Below are positions 10,269 through 19,481 of a stretch of DNA of 64,000 bases, piece after piece (position 1 is the stretch's first letter; each line of letters starts with the position of its first letter). Origin of the DNA: Planctomycetota bacterium (lineage in GTDB: Bacteria; Planctomycetota; UBA1135; UBA2386); contig OZ245006.1 in the NCBI GenBank assembly GCA_965223545.1, positions 7,392,001 to 7,456,000 of the forward strand, given 5' to 3'. The translations under genes were made by a program, and so were the position numbers. The notes below the pieces were generated by a model. It had not been told where the DNA came from. It did no database searches and was given only the letters and a program-made list of their open reading frames with translations.

Positions 10269-11281
10269 GGCAGCACCTCCAGGTGTGTCGCCGCGAGCAG
10301 TCGGGCGAGGAGGAGCGCGCCCAGGCCCAGAGCCAGCAGTGGGGCGAAGCGCTCGACTGCGTCGAAGCGCGGTTGCTCGAGCGGCGCGACCTCCAGGGCG
10401 TCGATGGCTTCGTAGACCGCGGCGATCGCCGCGGCATCGCGCGCGCGGTAGAACCGGCCGCCGGTGTCGGCGGCCAGCCGCTCGATCTGTGCGGTGTCGA
10501 GCGGCGCCAGCGCGCCGTCGGCGGTGCGCTGCCCGGTGCCGACGGCGATGCTGTACACCGCGACGCCGAGCTCGCCACACAACACCGCTGCCTGTGCCGG
10601 GCCGATCTCGTCGGGCGTCTGCGCGGTGGCGACGTTTTCTTCGCCGTCGGTGAGCAGGATGACCACCTTGGAGGCGGCGCGGCTGTCGCGCAGCGCCACC
10701 GCCGCGCGCGCCACCGCGTTGCCGATGCCGGTGAGGTCTTCGGCGGAATCCGCCTCGGCCACCGCCATCTCGTCGAGCAGCGCTGCCGCGGTGTCGTGGT
10801 CGAGGGTGAGTGGGCAGAGGACGTCGGCGTAGGCGGCAAACCCCAGAAGGGCGATGCGATCGCGCGTGCGGTCGGCGATGAAGCGCCGCGCCGCGTCGAC
10901 CGACACCTCGAGTCTGGTGCGGTCGCCGTCCATGTCGGTCGCCGCCATCGACGACGACCGGTCCAGGCACAGGACGATGTCGATGCCGAGGCTTCGCTGT
11001 GGCACTGGCACGCGTTCGATCGGCCGGGCCAGGGCGACGACGAGCGCCGCGAGGCCCAGGCCGGTCAGGGCCGGCGGCAGCCACAGCAGCCGTTGGCGGG
11101 GGGTGTCGGGTAGCGGAGCCACGGGCGGTGCCCCGGCGTTCGCCGGCGGCGACTGCCGCAGGAACAGCGCGGGTGCGAAGGCCGCTGCCGCCGCCCGGCG
11201 CCGGAACAGCCAGAGGGCGAGCGGCAGGAGGGCGAGCCCGAGCCACAGCATGCCCGGCTGCAACAGCGCGAAGCGGCTCAC
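10265..11281 (-). CDS. batA: vWA domain protein, BatA-like
   Basis: ALARP, MIDAS DRSSSM, CPLTLDH, TGIGNA, LLTDGEEN, TGGRFYRA. GTGA coupling. Confidence 0.85.
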   Translation of the reverse strand: MSRFALLQPGMLWLGLALLPLALWLFRRRAAAAAFAPALFLRQSPPANAGAPPVAPLPDTPRQRLLWLPPALTGLGLAALVVALARPIERVPVPQRSLGIDIVLCLDRSSSMAATDMDGDRTRLEVSVDAARRFIADRTRDRIALLGFAAYADVLCPLTLDHDTAAALLDEMAVAEADSAEDLTGIGNAVARAAVALRDSRAASKVVILLTDGEENVATAQTPDEIGPAQAAVLCGELGVAVYSIAVGTGQRTADGALAPLDTAQIERLAADTGGRFYRARDAAAIAAVYEAIDALEVAPLEQPRFDAVERFAPLLALGLGALLLARLLAATHLEVLP

Positions 11282-12168
11282 GCCGCGTCGCTCCCGGCGC
11301 GTTGGTCGATGGCGGCGGCGAGGTCCTCGAGCAGGGCGCGGCCCTCGGCGTCGCTCAGCTGTCGCCGCGCAAAGCGCACCGCGTCGGCGCGCTGCAGCAG
11401 CGACACCAAGGGGCGCAGCCGCGGCGTGGCGTCGGCCGCGGCCGTCAGCTCGGCGGTGGTCGCCGCGCGGTCCGTCGGCGCCGCGGCCAGCAGTTCGTCG
11501 CGCACGATGGCGGCGATCTCGACGGCGATCTCGTCGGCCGAGCAGTGGGCGGCGCGCGTCACCAGCTGCTGTTGCCGCGCCCGGGCCCGGTCGATGGGTG
11601 AGGGATGCCGCGCGGGGCGCCGGCGGCGGGCCAGGAACAAGCCGGCGGCGAGGGCCACCGCCGCGGCCAGCGCGGCGGGCCACCAGCGGCGCGGTGCCGG
11701 CAGCGCGCGCAGCGGGCCGGGCAGCTCGGCGCGCCCGTCGTCGGCTTTCGTCAGGATCGAGTGCACGCGCACGGTTCGCGGCGGCGCGCTCGCTGTCAGC
11801 TGGCGGCCGTCGGCGGTGGTGACGATCAGCGGTGCCGGCTGCACTTCGACGTCGCCCAGAGCGAATGCGCGGCACTGAAAGACCACGGTCTCGACGATCG
11901 CGTCGCCGTCCGCGCGCTGCGCGGACGACTGCCGCCGGCTGTCGAGCGGCGGCAGTGGTGTTGTGGGCAGCGCGTCCGGCCGCGCGGACGCCGGGTAGCG
12001 GCGGGTCACCGTCGCCGTGAACGCGGCGCCGAACTCGACTGCGTCGCTGTCGAGATCGACGGTCAGCTGCGGCGCGTCCGTCCGGGGTGTCGCGGCTTGC
12101 CCGCGCGGGCTGTCCGTCGCGCAGCAGAGGCCGGCGCCCAGCGCCAGCAGCGTCCGCAGGGCATTCAT
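11278..12168 (-). CDS. Bat-operon membrane-anchored protein (DUF4381-like position)
   Basis: Signal peptide, TM helix, C-terminal ADAVRFA motif. Coupled to both neighbours (ATGA, GTGA). Confidence 0.65.
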   Translation of the reverse strand: MNALRTLLALGAGLCCATDSPRGQAATPRTDAPQLTVDLDSDAVEFGAAFTATVTRRYPASARPDALPTTPLPPLDSRRQSSAQRADGDAIVETVVFQCRAFALGDVEVQPAPLIVTTADGRQLTASAPPRTVRVHSILTKADDGRAELPGPLRALPAPRRWWPAALAAAVALAAGLFLARRRRPARHPSPIDRARARQQQLVTRAAHCSADEIAVEIAAIVRDELLAAAPTDRAATTAELTAAADATPRLRPLVSLLQRADAVRFARRQLSDAEGRALLEDLAAAIDQRAGSDAA

Positions 12169-13079
12169 CGCTTGATGGCGCGGGCGCTGCGCATGCGGAA
12201 GAAGTCGAGGATCGGCCCCGCCACGGCGTCGATGTCCGGCGCGGTCGGCACCGCGATGTCGATGCAGTCGACGCGCGCCCGCCGCAGCGCGCGGTCGGTG
12301 TGCGCCTGCCACGCGGCGACGCGGTCGGAGTACGCCGCGCGCACCGCGGTGCTGCGCCAGTCGATGATGCGCGCGAACCCCGATTCGGGGTCGCGGACCC
12401 GCAGCATGCCGACGTCGGCCGGCGGCGGTGTCAGCTCGGGGGGCGCCAACCGCACCGCGACGATGTCGTGGCGGCGCGCGCACAGGGGCAGCGTGGCCTC
12501 GTAGCCGGTGGCGATGAAATCGGAGACGACGAACACGATCGCGCGCCGGCGGCGCAGCGCGGTGAGCCGCTCCAGCGCGGGGCCGAGTGCCGTGCCCTCA
12601 CCGCTGCCGGCAAGAGCCAGGCAGTCGCGCACGATGCGCATCGCGTGGTGCGCTCCCTTGCCCGGTGGCAGATAGCGATCGACCCCGCCCGAGAAGGCGA
12701 GCATGCCGACCTTGTCGTCGTTGTCGACCGCCGACAGGGCCAGGCAGGCGACCGCGCGAGCGGCGGTCTGCCGCAGCGACCAGGCGCCGCTGCCGGCGCG
12801 CATCGAGGCCGACAGATCGATGGCGAACAAGACCGTGAGCTCGCGTTCCTCGACGAACTTCTTCACGTAGGGGCGGCCGGTGCGGGCGGTGACGTTCCAA
12901 TCGACCGAACGCGGGTCGTCGCCGGGGACGTACTCGCGGACCTCGTCGAACTCGATGCCCGCACCGCGGAACACCGAGCTGTAGCCGCCGGCCATCACGT
13001 CGGTGACCAGCGACAGACTCTGCATCTCGATGCGCCGGACCTCGGCGAGCAGCTGTTCGAGCTCCTTGGCCTCCTGCAT
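12165..13079 (-). CDS. DUF58 domain protein
   Basis: GIEFDEVREYVPGDDPRSVDWNVTAR...VKKFVEERE, DLSASM, VVSDF. Confidence 0.92.
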   Translation of the reverse strand: MQEAKELEQLLAEVRRIEMQSLSLVTDVMAGGYSSVFRGAGIEFDEVREYVPGDDPRSVDWNVTARTGRPYVKKFVEERELTVLFAIDLSASMRAGSGAWSLRQTAARAVACLALSAVDNDDKVGMLAFSGGVDRYLPPGKGAHHAMRIVRDCLALAGSGEGTALGPALERLTALRRRRAIVFVVSDFIATGYEATLPLCARRHDIVAVRLAPPELTPPPADVGMLRVRDPESGFARIIDWRSTAVRAAYSDRVAAWQAHTDRALRRARVDCIDIAVPTAPDIDAVAGPILDFFRMRSARAIKR

Positions 13080-13105
13080 CGCGGTTCTCGTCGGTGGCCT
13101 TCGCC

Positions 13106-14101
13106 TCAGGGCACGGGCACGGTGTCGAACACGCGCCGCACGACGTCCTCGGCGCGGACGCCCTCGGCCTCGGCCTCGAAGGTGGTGATCACCCGGTGCC
13201 GCAGCACCGCGATGCCCACTTGCTTGACGTCCTCCGGCGTGACGAACCCCCGGCCGGCGAGGAACGCCTGTGCCCGGGCCGCCTGGGTCCAGGCGATCGC
13301 CGCCCGCGGCGAGGCGCCGTACAGGATCAAGGGCTCGAGGTCGGTCAGGCCGTGCTCGGCGGGGTGTCGCGTCGTGCGCACCAGGTCGACGATGTAGCCC
13401 CGCACTTGTGCGTCGACGTAGACGTCGTCGAGCACTGCCCGCGCCGCGAGGATCTGCGCCGGGCTCGCCACCGTGTCGGCGGTGGGACGCCGCGTGTTGG
13501 AGGCCATGCGCTCGACCATAGCGTCTTCTTCTTCGCGCGACGGGTACTCGACGACGACCTTGAGCATGAAGCGGTCGAGCTGCGCCTCCGGCAGCGCGTA
13601 GGTGCCCTCTTGCTCGACCGGGTTCTGGGTCGCCAGCACCAAAAACGGCGACGGCAGGGCATGCGACTCGCCGGCCAGCGTCACCTGCCGTTCCTGCATG
13701 GCCTCGAGGAGGGCCGACTGCACCTTGGCCGGCGCGCGGTTGATCTCGTCGGCGAGGACGAAGTGGCCGAAGACGGGACCCAGGTGGACGGTCCAGTCGC
13801 CGGTCTTGGGGTTGTAGACCTGGGTGCCGAGCAGGTCCGAAGGCAGGAGATCGGGGGTGAATTGGAGGCGTTGGAAGGTGCCGCCGAGGGCGCGGGCCAG
13901 GGTCTGCACCGCCAGGGTCTTGGCCAGGCCGGGGACGCCCTCGAGCAGGACGTGGCCGTCGGCGAGCAGGCCGATCAGCATGCCGTCGATCAGCGCGCGC
14001 TGGCCGACGATGACGCGCTCGACCTCGCGGCGCACGTCGGTCAAAAATGCGCTCTCTTTGGCGATGCGGTCGGCGACGGCGGTGGGATCGGCGTGTGGCA
14101 T
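13106..14101 (-). CDS. moxR: MoxR-family AAA+ ATPase
   Basis: Walker A GVPGLAKT, QFTPDLLPSD, Walker B LADEINRAPAKVQSALLEAM, ATQNPVEQEGTY, GASPRA. Confidence 0.96.
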   Translation of the reverse strand: MPHADPTAVADRIAKESAFLTDVRREVERVIVGQRALIDGMLIGLLADGHVLLEGVPGLAKTLAVQTLARALGGTFQRLQFTPDLLPSDLLGTQVYNPKTGDWTVHLGPVFGHFVLADEINRAPAKVQSALLEAMQERQVTLAGESHALPSPFLVLATQNPVEQEGTYALPEAQLDRFMLKVVVEYPSREEEDAMVERMASNTRRPTADTVASPAQILAARAVLDDVYVDAQVRGYIVDLVRTTRHPAEHGLTDLEPLILYGASPRAAIAWTQAARAQAFLAGRGFVTPEDVKQVGIAVLRHRVITTFEAEAEGVRAEDVVRRVFDTVPVP

Positions 14102-14226
14102 GCGCTCTGGGCCGGTCTACGGGGCGGCTGGGGCGGCGCGAGTGTAGTGCGGCGACTGGGCAGCGCCCAGGGCACGGGTTACCTTCGTCGGCGTCCCGCG
14201 TTCCCGCCGAGGCCTTCGATCCAAAC

Positions 14227-16431
14227 ATGACTCTCCTCTCCGTGCCGGTTCGCGCGCCCCTCGCGGTTCTCGTTCTGTCCGTGTTGCCGTTGGCGGCGCA
14301 GGGCGGTCCACCGCCCGGCAGCCGCGAAGCGATGTGGCCGGCGCCGACCGACGAGGACTGGGCGCGTCCGTGCTTGGTCCAGTGGCAGCGCACCTGGGAC
14401 GACGCGGTCGCGGTGTCGCAGGAGACCGGCAAGGCGATTTTGGTGTGCGTCAATATGGACGGCGAGATCGCCAGCGAGCACTACGCCGGCATCCGCTACC
14501 GGCAGCCGGAGATCGCCTCGCTGTACGAGCCCTACGTGACGGTGATCGCCTCGGTGTACCGACACACTCCCCGCGACCACGACGAACACGGCAACCGCAT
14601 CCCGTGTCCGCGGTTCGGCGGGGTGACCTGTGGTGAGCACATCTCCATCGAGCCGCTGCTGTACGAGAAGTTCATGGACGGCCGGCGCATCGCGCCGCGG
14701 CACATCATGGTCGAGCTCGACGGCAGCGAGACGTACGACGTGTTCTACGCCTTCGACACCGACTCGGTGTTCCAGGCGATCCGCGAGGGCATCGCCAACC
14801 GCGAGCACGAGCCGACCAACATCACGCGCGGCGACCGCACCATCACCGAGCGGGTGGCAGGGCGCGACTACAGCGACCGGCTGGCGGTCGAAGAGGCCTA
14901 CCAACAGGGCGACGCCGCGCAGCGCCGCTCGCTGCTCGAGGCGGCGATCGCGGCGGGCGATGCCGCATCGGTCGATCTGCTGCGGCTGGCGGTGTTCGGC
15001 GTCGATCCCGAGCTTGCCGCGCTGGCGCGGCAGGCGTTGGCCAAGGCGGAGGGCGCGGGGGCTGCCGATCTGATCAACGAGGCGCTGCGCGCGCCGATGG
15101 CGGCGGCTGAGCGCGACCAGCTGGTCGGCGCGCTGGGCCGCATCGGCGAGCAATCGCCGCGGGCGCGGACGCTGGCGGTGGTGCACCGCGGGCTGGGTGG
15201 GCGCTCGCGGGCGGTCGATCTCGACGGCTGGGCGCAGTCGCTGCGGGGCGCCGAGTACCCGGCGCAGCCGGCCGGGTTCGATGAGCTGGCGACGCGGATC
15301 GACGAGCGCGAGCAGGCCAGCACTGCGCGGCCGCAAGACGCCGCCGCGCAGCTCGACTTGGCGGTGGCTTCCCTGGCGCTGGCGCTCGACCCCGAGACTG
15401 CCGAGGTGCTGCCCGCCGACCGCCGCAACGCGGGGCGTTACCTGCAGCTGATGTTCGAAGACGCGCGTCGCGCAGCGGAGGACGCCGAGCGGCTGGGGGC
15501 CGAGGGCTGGAAGCTGGATGCGGTGTTCGCCGTGGTGGCGCACAACACCGGTGATGCCGCCGAGGCCTACCGGCGGGCAGAAGCAGCGGTCGCGGCGCTG
15601 CCAGCCGGTGTCACCGATCGCGAGGCTGCCGCCGTGCTCGAGCTGTTCGCGCACGGCAGGCAGCGGGCGATCTCGGCAGCGGTGGTCGACAAGGAGCGCT
15701 GGCCGCCGGAGTGGCTCAGCGATCTGGACGCCGCTTACTCGGTGCTCAGCGAGCACCCGCTCGGCACCGAGCAGCACATCGTCGACCACTACGACTTCAT
15801 GGCGTGGCTGCGGGCGCGCGGCCGGGCCTCGCGCGTCCTGGACCGCGGCCTCGCCCGCTATCCGGACTCCGCCGCGATCCACGAGCGGTTGCGCAAGAAG
15901 GTGTTGCGCGAGCGCGGCGTCGAGGGGCTGCAGCGGGTCTACGACGACATGCTGGCGGCGCCGGACGCGACCGCCAGCACGCGGTGGTTCGCCGGCTACG
16001 CCGCGATGGTCGCCGGTGAGTTCCACCGCCGCGCCAGCGACGGCCCGCCGGCCGCCGCGGCCTACGACCGGGCCATCGCGCACTTCGAGGCCTGCGCCGC
16101 GCAGGAGGAGTCGTTTCGCGACAGCGCCGAGCACCAGATCGCCATGGCGATGGCTGGCCAGGCCCGAGTCGCGCTCGACGCCGGCAATCTGGATGCGGCC
16201 CTGGCGCTGCTTCTGGCCACGTTCGAAAGGCGGCCCGAGTCGGCGGCGACGTTGGACGGCATGAACCTGTCGGCGGTGGCGACCGCGCAGATGCTGCGCG
16301 CCGTGCTGCGCCAAGCCGGTCGCGACGAGCAGGCCGCGACGCTGCAGGCCGCGCTCGACGGCCTCGACCCCGAGTTGCTGGAGATGCCCGCGTTCGAGCG
16401 CGAGGCGCCGTTGCCCGGCAACGGCGGCTGA
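14227..16431 (+). CDS. Exported protein with thioredoxin-like N-terminus and HEAT/TPR-like helical repeats
   Basis: Signal peptide; W...WDDAVAVSQETGKAILV resembles thioredoxin-fold starts but has no CxxC; Ala-rich helical remainder. Confidence 0.6.
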   Translation: MTLLSVPVRAPLAVLVLSVLPLAAQGGPPPGSREAMWPAPTDEDWARPCLVQWQRTWDDAVAVSQETGKAILVCVNMDGEIASEHYAGIRYRQPEIASLYEPYVTVIASVYRHTPRDHDEHGNRIPCPRFGGVTCGEHISIEPLLYEKFMDGRRIAPRHIMVELDGSETYDVFYAFDTDSVFQAIREGIANREHEPTNITRGDRTITERVAGRDYSDRLAVEEAYQQGDAAQRRSLLEAAIAAGDAASVDLLRLAVFGVDPELAALARQALAKAEGAGAADLINEALRAPMAAAERDQLVGALGRIGEQSPRARTLAVVHRGLGGRSRAVDLDGWAQSLRGAEYPAQPAGFDELATRIDEREQASTARPQDAAAQLDLAVASLALALDPETAEVLPADRRNAGRYLQLMFEDARRAAEDAERLGAEGWKLDAVFAVVAHNTGDAAEAYRRAEAAVAALPAGVTDREAAAVLELFAHGRQRAISAAVVDKERWPPEWLSDLDAAYSVLSEHPLGTEQHIVDHYDFMAWLRARGRASRVLDRGLARYPDSAAIHERLRKKVLRERGVEGLQRVYDDMLAAPDATASTRWFAGYAAMVAGEFHRRASDGPPAAAAYDRAIAHFEACAAQEESFRDSAEHQIAMAMAGQARVALDAGNLDAALALLLATFERRPESAATLDGMNLSAVATAQMLRAVLRQAGRDEQAATLQAALDGLDPELLEMPAFEREAPLPGNGG

Positions 16432-16437
16432 GTCGCT

Positions 16438-17010
16438 CTACTCTTTGGCGCGGCCGAGGAACTCGGCCGTCCGCGTGTCGACCGAGACGCGCGTGCCCTG
16501 ATCGAGGTGCTCCGGCACCTGAATGACGAGTCCCGTCGACACCGTCGCCGGCTTGGTGCGGCCGGTGGCGGAGTTGCCCTTGACCGCGGGATTGGTCTCG
16601 GTGATCTCGAGCGCCACGGTGTTGGGCAGCTCGAGCCCGATCGGGCTCTCGTTGTGGTACATCGCGCGCACGTCCTCGATGCCCTCGAACAAGAACTGCG
16701 CCTCCCACTCGAGGTCGTCGCGCGTCATCGCGAACTGCTCGTAGGTCTCGTTGTCCATGAAGTGGAACCCGCTCGGGTCGGCGTACAAGAACTGCACCGG
16801 CCGCCGTGCCACGTCGGCGACGCCGAAGGTGTCGCCGCCCTTGAACGACTTGTCGACGCGCTGCTTGGTGATCAGGTTGCGCAGCCGCACGCGGTGGATG
16901 GTGTTGCCGCCGCGCGCGGTGGGGGAGCTGGTCTGCGTCGACTCGACGGTGTACGGCGTGCCCTCGTGTTCGATGAGCAGGCCGCGCTTGAGATCGGAGG
17001 TCGTGTACAT
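16438..17010 (-). CDS. efpL: Elongation factor P-like protein EfpL (YeiP)
   Basis: EF-P fold (FMDNETYEQ, KPATVSTGLVIQVPE) with the SPTARG loop of EfpL/YeiP instead of PGKG. Confidence 0.9.
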   Translation of the reverse strand: MYTTSDLKRGLLIEHEGTPYTVESTQTSSPTARGGNTIHRVRLRNLITKQRVDKSFKGGDTFGVADVARRPVQFLYADPSGFHFMDNETYEQFAMTRDDLEWEAQFLFEGIEDVRAMYHNESPIGLELPNTVALEITETNPAVKGNSATGRTKPATVSTGLVIQVPEHLDQGTRVSVDTRTAEFLGRAKE

Positions 17011-17133
17011 GGCGGAGAGAGGGGACCGGACCGGTGAGCTGCAGAGCATCGCCCGGCGGGCGGGCGGCGCCAAGGGGGCGCTTGGCCGAGCGGTGGCTTC
17101 GGTGGCGGGCATCGATCGGGTCCGGGCGCGGTT

Positions 17134-18732
17134 ATGGTAGCCGGCGTGGTCGCCTCTCGCCGGCACGTGTTGCTGCGGTTCGTGCTCGCCGTCGCCGGAG
17201 TGGTGCTGGCGGTGCTGCTGGTCGAGGGCGCCCACTCGGCGTGGACCGGAGTGTCGCTGCTGCGCCGCGCGCTGGGTGTGCGCGCAGTGCAGTTGGCAGT
17301 GCTCGACGACGCCGCGCGGATCGCCGCCGCCGGCCTGACCAAGGGCCCGTTCGCACTGGCGCGCGATCCCGCCGTCGGCGTGGTGATGAAGCCCGCGCAC
17401 GTGCACGCGTTCCTCGGCGTGGCGGCACACACCGACGCGTATGGCCAGCGGCGGCGGCCGGGACCGCCACCGCAAGCCGGCGCGCAGCGCATCGTCGTGC
17501 TCGGGGATTCGGTGGCCTTCGGGCTCGGCGTCGGCGACGAGGAGACCTACGGCCACCAGCTCGAGCGCGCGCTGGCGGCGGCGGTGGGGGCCGCGCCGCC
17601 GCCGGTCGTGCATACGGTGGCCTGCCCCGGCTGGAACACGCAGGACGCGGTGCGCTATCTGCAGGCGCACCTGGAGCGGCTGGCTCCCGACCTGGTGGTC
17701 TACTTGCCGGTCGACAACGACCTCGACGACGGCAGCATGGTGAGCGAGATCGGTCAGCGCGTGCCGCGTGGAGGGCCGGCCAGCTGGACCGCTCCCGGTG
17801 TCCCGGCGCGCGTGCCCTTCAACGCCGAGGGCTACTTGCAGCTCTACCTGGCTTGGGCACCGCGGGCCGGGCTCGACCTGGTGCGCCGCGTGGTCGCGTC
17901 CGGCAGCGAGTCGGCGGTGCAGCACGTGTTGCGCACCGGCGTGACGCCCGAGTCGAAGCGTCGCTGGGGTTGGTTTGCCGCGACGCTGGCTGACTTGGCC
18001 GCGCAGCTGGAGCGGCGCGGCGCGCGGCTCTTGGTGTGCTGTCCCTGGGATGGTGACTTCCACCAGTTGGTGAGAGCGACCTTGGCCCGCCGCGCACCGG
18101 CGGTGCCGTGTGCGCTGCTGTTCCGCGACCGGTCGCCGGCCGACAGCCTGGACGGCGATCCCCACCCGAATGCGGAGTGCGTCGCCGCCGGCGCGCAGCG
18201 GATCGCGACGCTGCTGGTCGAGCGCGGCTGGGTGGCGGGCGTTTCCGTCAGTCGGTTGCCACCGTTGCCCGCGGTCTACCGCGGGCGGCTGGCGGAGGAC
18301 CGTTGGGCCGGCGCCGCGCAGTATGCCGAGACCGTCGGCGGATTCGTCGGCGCGTCGGTGGAGCTCGAACGCGCGGCCGGGATCCACCAGGTCTACGGCG
18401 GGCTGGCCGCCGATGGCACCGTCGGGCGCGGGGTCGTGCTCGCGCTCCGTTGTGACGGTGCCGAGAACCTCGTGCTGGATGCCGATCCGGTGGTCACCGC
18501 CGACGGGCCGCTGCTCTTAGACGTTGCCGTGCGCGCGGAGGACGGCCAATGGATGCCGCTGCCGGAGCCGTTGCGCCTGACGGGCGGCCGGTGTGCGGTG
18601 GCGCTGCCGGCGGCAGTGCGCACCGCGCCGATCCTCGACGTGCGCATCGCGCCGCGGGCGTGGCGCGTCGAGGAACGCGAGGGTCGCAGCCGGTTGGCTG
18701 CGTTTCGCCTGCGCCGCGCGGCATTGCAGTAG
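17134..18732 (+). CDS. Membrane-anchored SGNH/GDSL hydrolase
   Basis: VLGDSVAFG, G..NT, DND, DPHPN blocks; N-terminal TM. True start may be GTG 17146. Confidence 0.8.
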   Translation: MVAGVVASRRHVLLRFVLAVAGVVLAVLLVEGAHSAWTGVSLLRRALGVRAVQLAVLDDAARIAAAGLTKGPFALARDPAVGVVMKPAHVHAFLGVAAHTDAYGQRRRPGPPPQAGAQRIVVLGDSVAFGLGVGDEETYGHQLERALAAAVGAAPPPVVHTVACPGWNTQDAVRYLQAHLERLAPDLVVYLPVDNDLDDGSMVSEIGQRVPRGGPASWTAPGVPARVPFNAEGYLQLYLAWAPRAGLDLVRRVVASGSESAVQHVLRTGVTPESKRRWGWFAATLADLAAQLERRGARLLVCCPWDGDFHQLVRATLARRAPAVPCALLFRDRSPADSLDGDPHPNAECVAAGAQRIATLLVERGWVAGVSVSRLPPLPAVYRGRLAEDRWAGAAQYAETVGGFVGASVELERAAGIHQVYGGLAADGTVGRGVVLALRCDGAENLVLDADPVVTADGPLLLDVAVRAEDGQWMPLPEPLRLTGGRCAVALPAAVRTAPILDVRIAPRAWRVEEREGRSRLAAFRLRRAALQ

Positions 18733-18759
18733 CATGGCCGGCGGCGGTCGCCGCTCAGA

Positions 18760-19311
18760 TCACTGCAGCGGCTTGAACTTGAACTTCTGGCCGGAGACGG
18801 CGGCCTCGGCCATCAGCCCCTTGTCGGCGAGGGTGAACACCGCCAGCCCGTTGTCGAAGGACGCTTCGCGGGCGGCGCCGCTGGTCGCGGCGACGGCGCT
18901 CACCTGTGCGCCGAACTCGTAGGTGCCGCTCTTGAAGCTGTCCAGATCCTGCTGGCCCTGGAAGAAGATCACCTCACTGAAGCGCTGGCCGCCGATCTGC
19001 GCGCCGAACGACACCTGAGTCATCGCCGCGGTGCCGATCAGCCGGGTGCCCTCGAAGACGTAGCCGGTCCCGCCGCCGCCGCCGACGATCAGGCCGCCCT
19101 TGCCCAGCTTGGGAAAGATCGCGTAGCCGACCGAGCTGTCGATGAAGCGTTGGATGTCGGGATCGCGCTCGAGGAAAGCGGCCAGGGCGGCGTCGGCCTC
19201 GGCGCGCGCGCCGGCGGCATCCTCGGTCTTCAGCGTGGGGGCTTGGCAGGCGCCCAAGATCAGGGCGCCGATCATCAGGGACGGAAGGAAGGGCAGTCGG
19301 GAGTTCATCAT
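18760..19311 (-). CDS. YSC84/SYLF lipid-binding lipoprotein
   Basis: Lipobox LGAC, IFPKLGKGGLIVGG, GAQIGGQ, KGLMAEAAVSGQKF. Confidence 0.85.
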   Translation of the reverse strand: MMNSRLPFLPSLMIGALILGACQAPTLKTEDAAGARAEADAALAAFLERDPDIQRFIDSSVGYAIFPKLGKGGLIVGGGGGTGYVFEGTRLIGTAAMTQVSFGAQIGGQRFSEVIFFQGQQDLDSFKSGTYEFGAQVSAVAATSGAAREASFDNGLAVFTLADKGLMAEAAVSGQKFKFKPLQ

Positions 19312-19481
19312 CGATTCGTCTTTCAGTTGGGGACAGTCCCCCAGGATTTGATCCTCATCTGTGTCTCCGCGCCGCAAGTCTTGCCAGCGACAATCGCGAG
19401 AACTCGGCCGGCCGCGTGCAAATCCGGCGCTGGAGGAGGTCTTTCTGCGGGAAGTTCCGGACGTGGCGGCGGGTGGACGTC

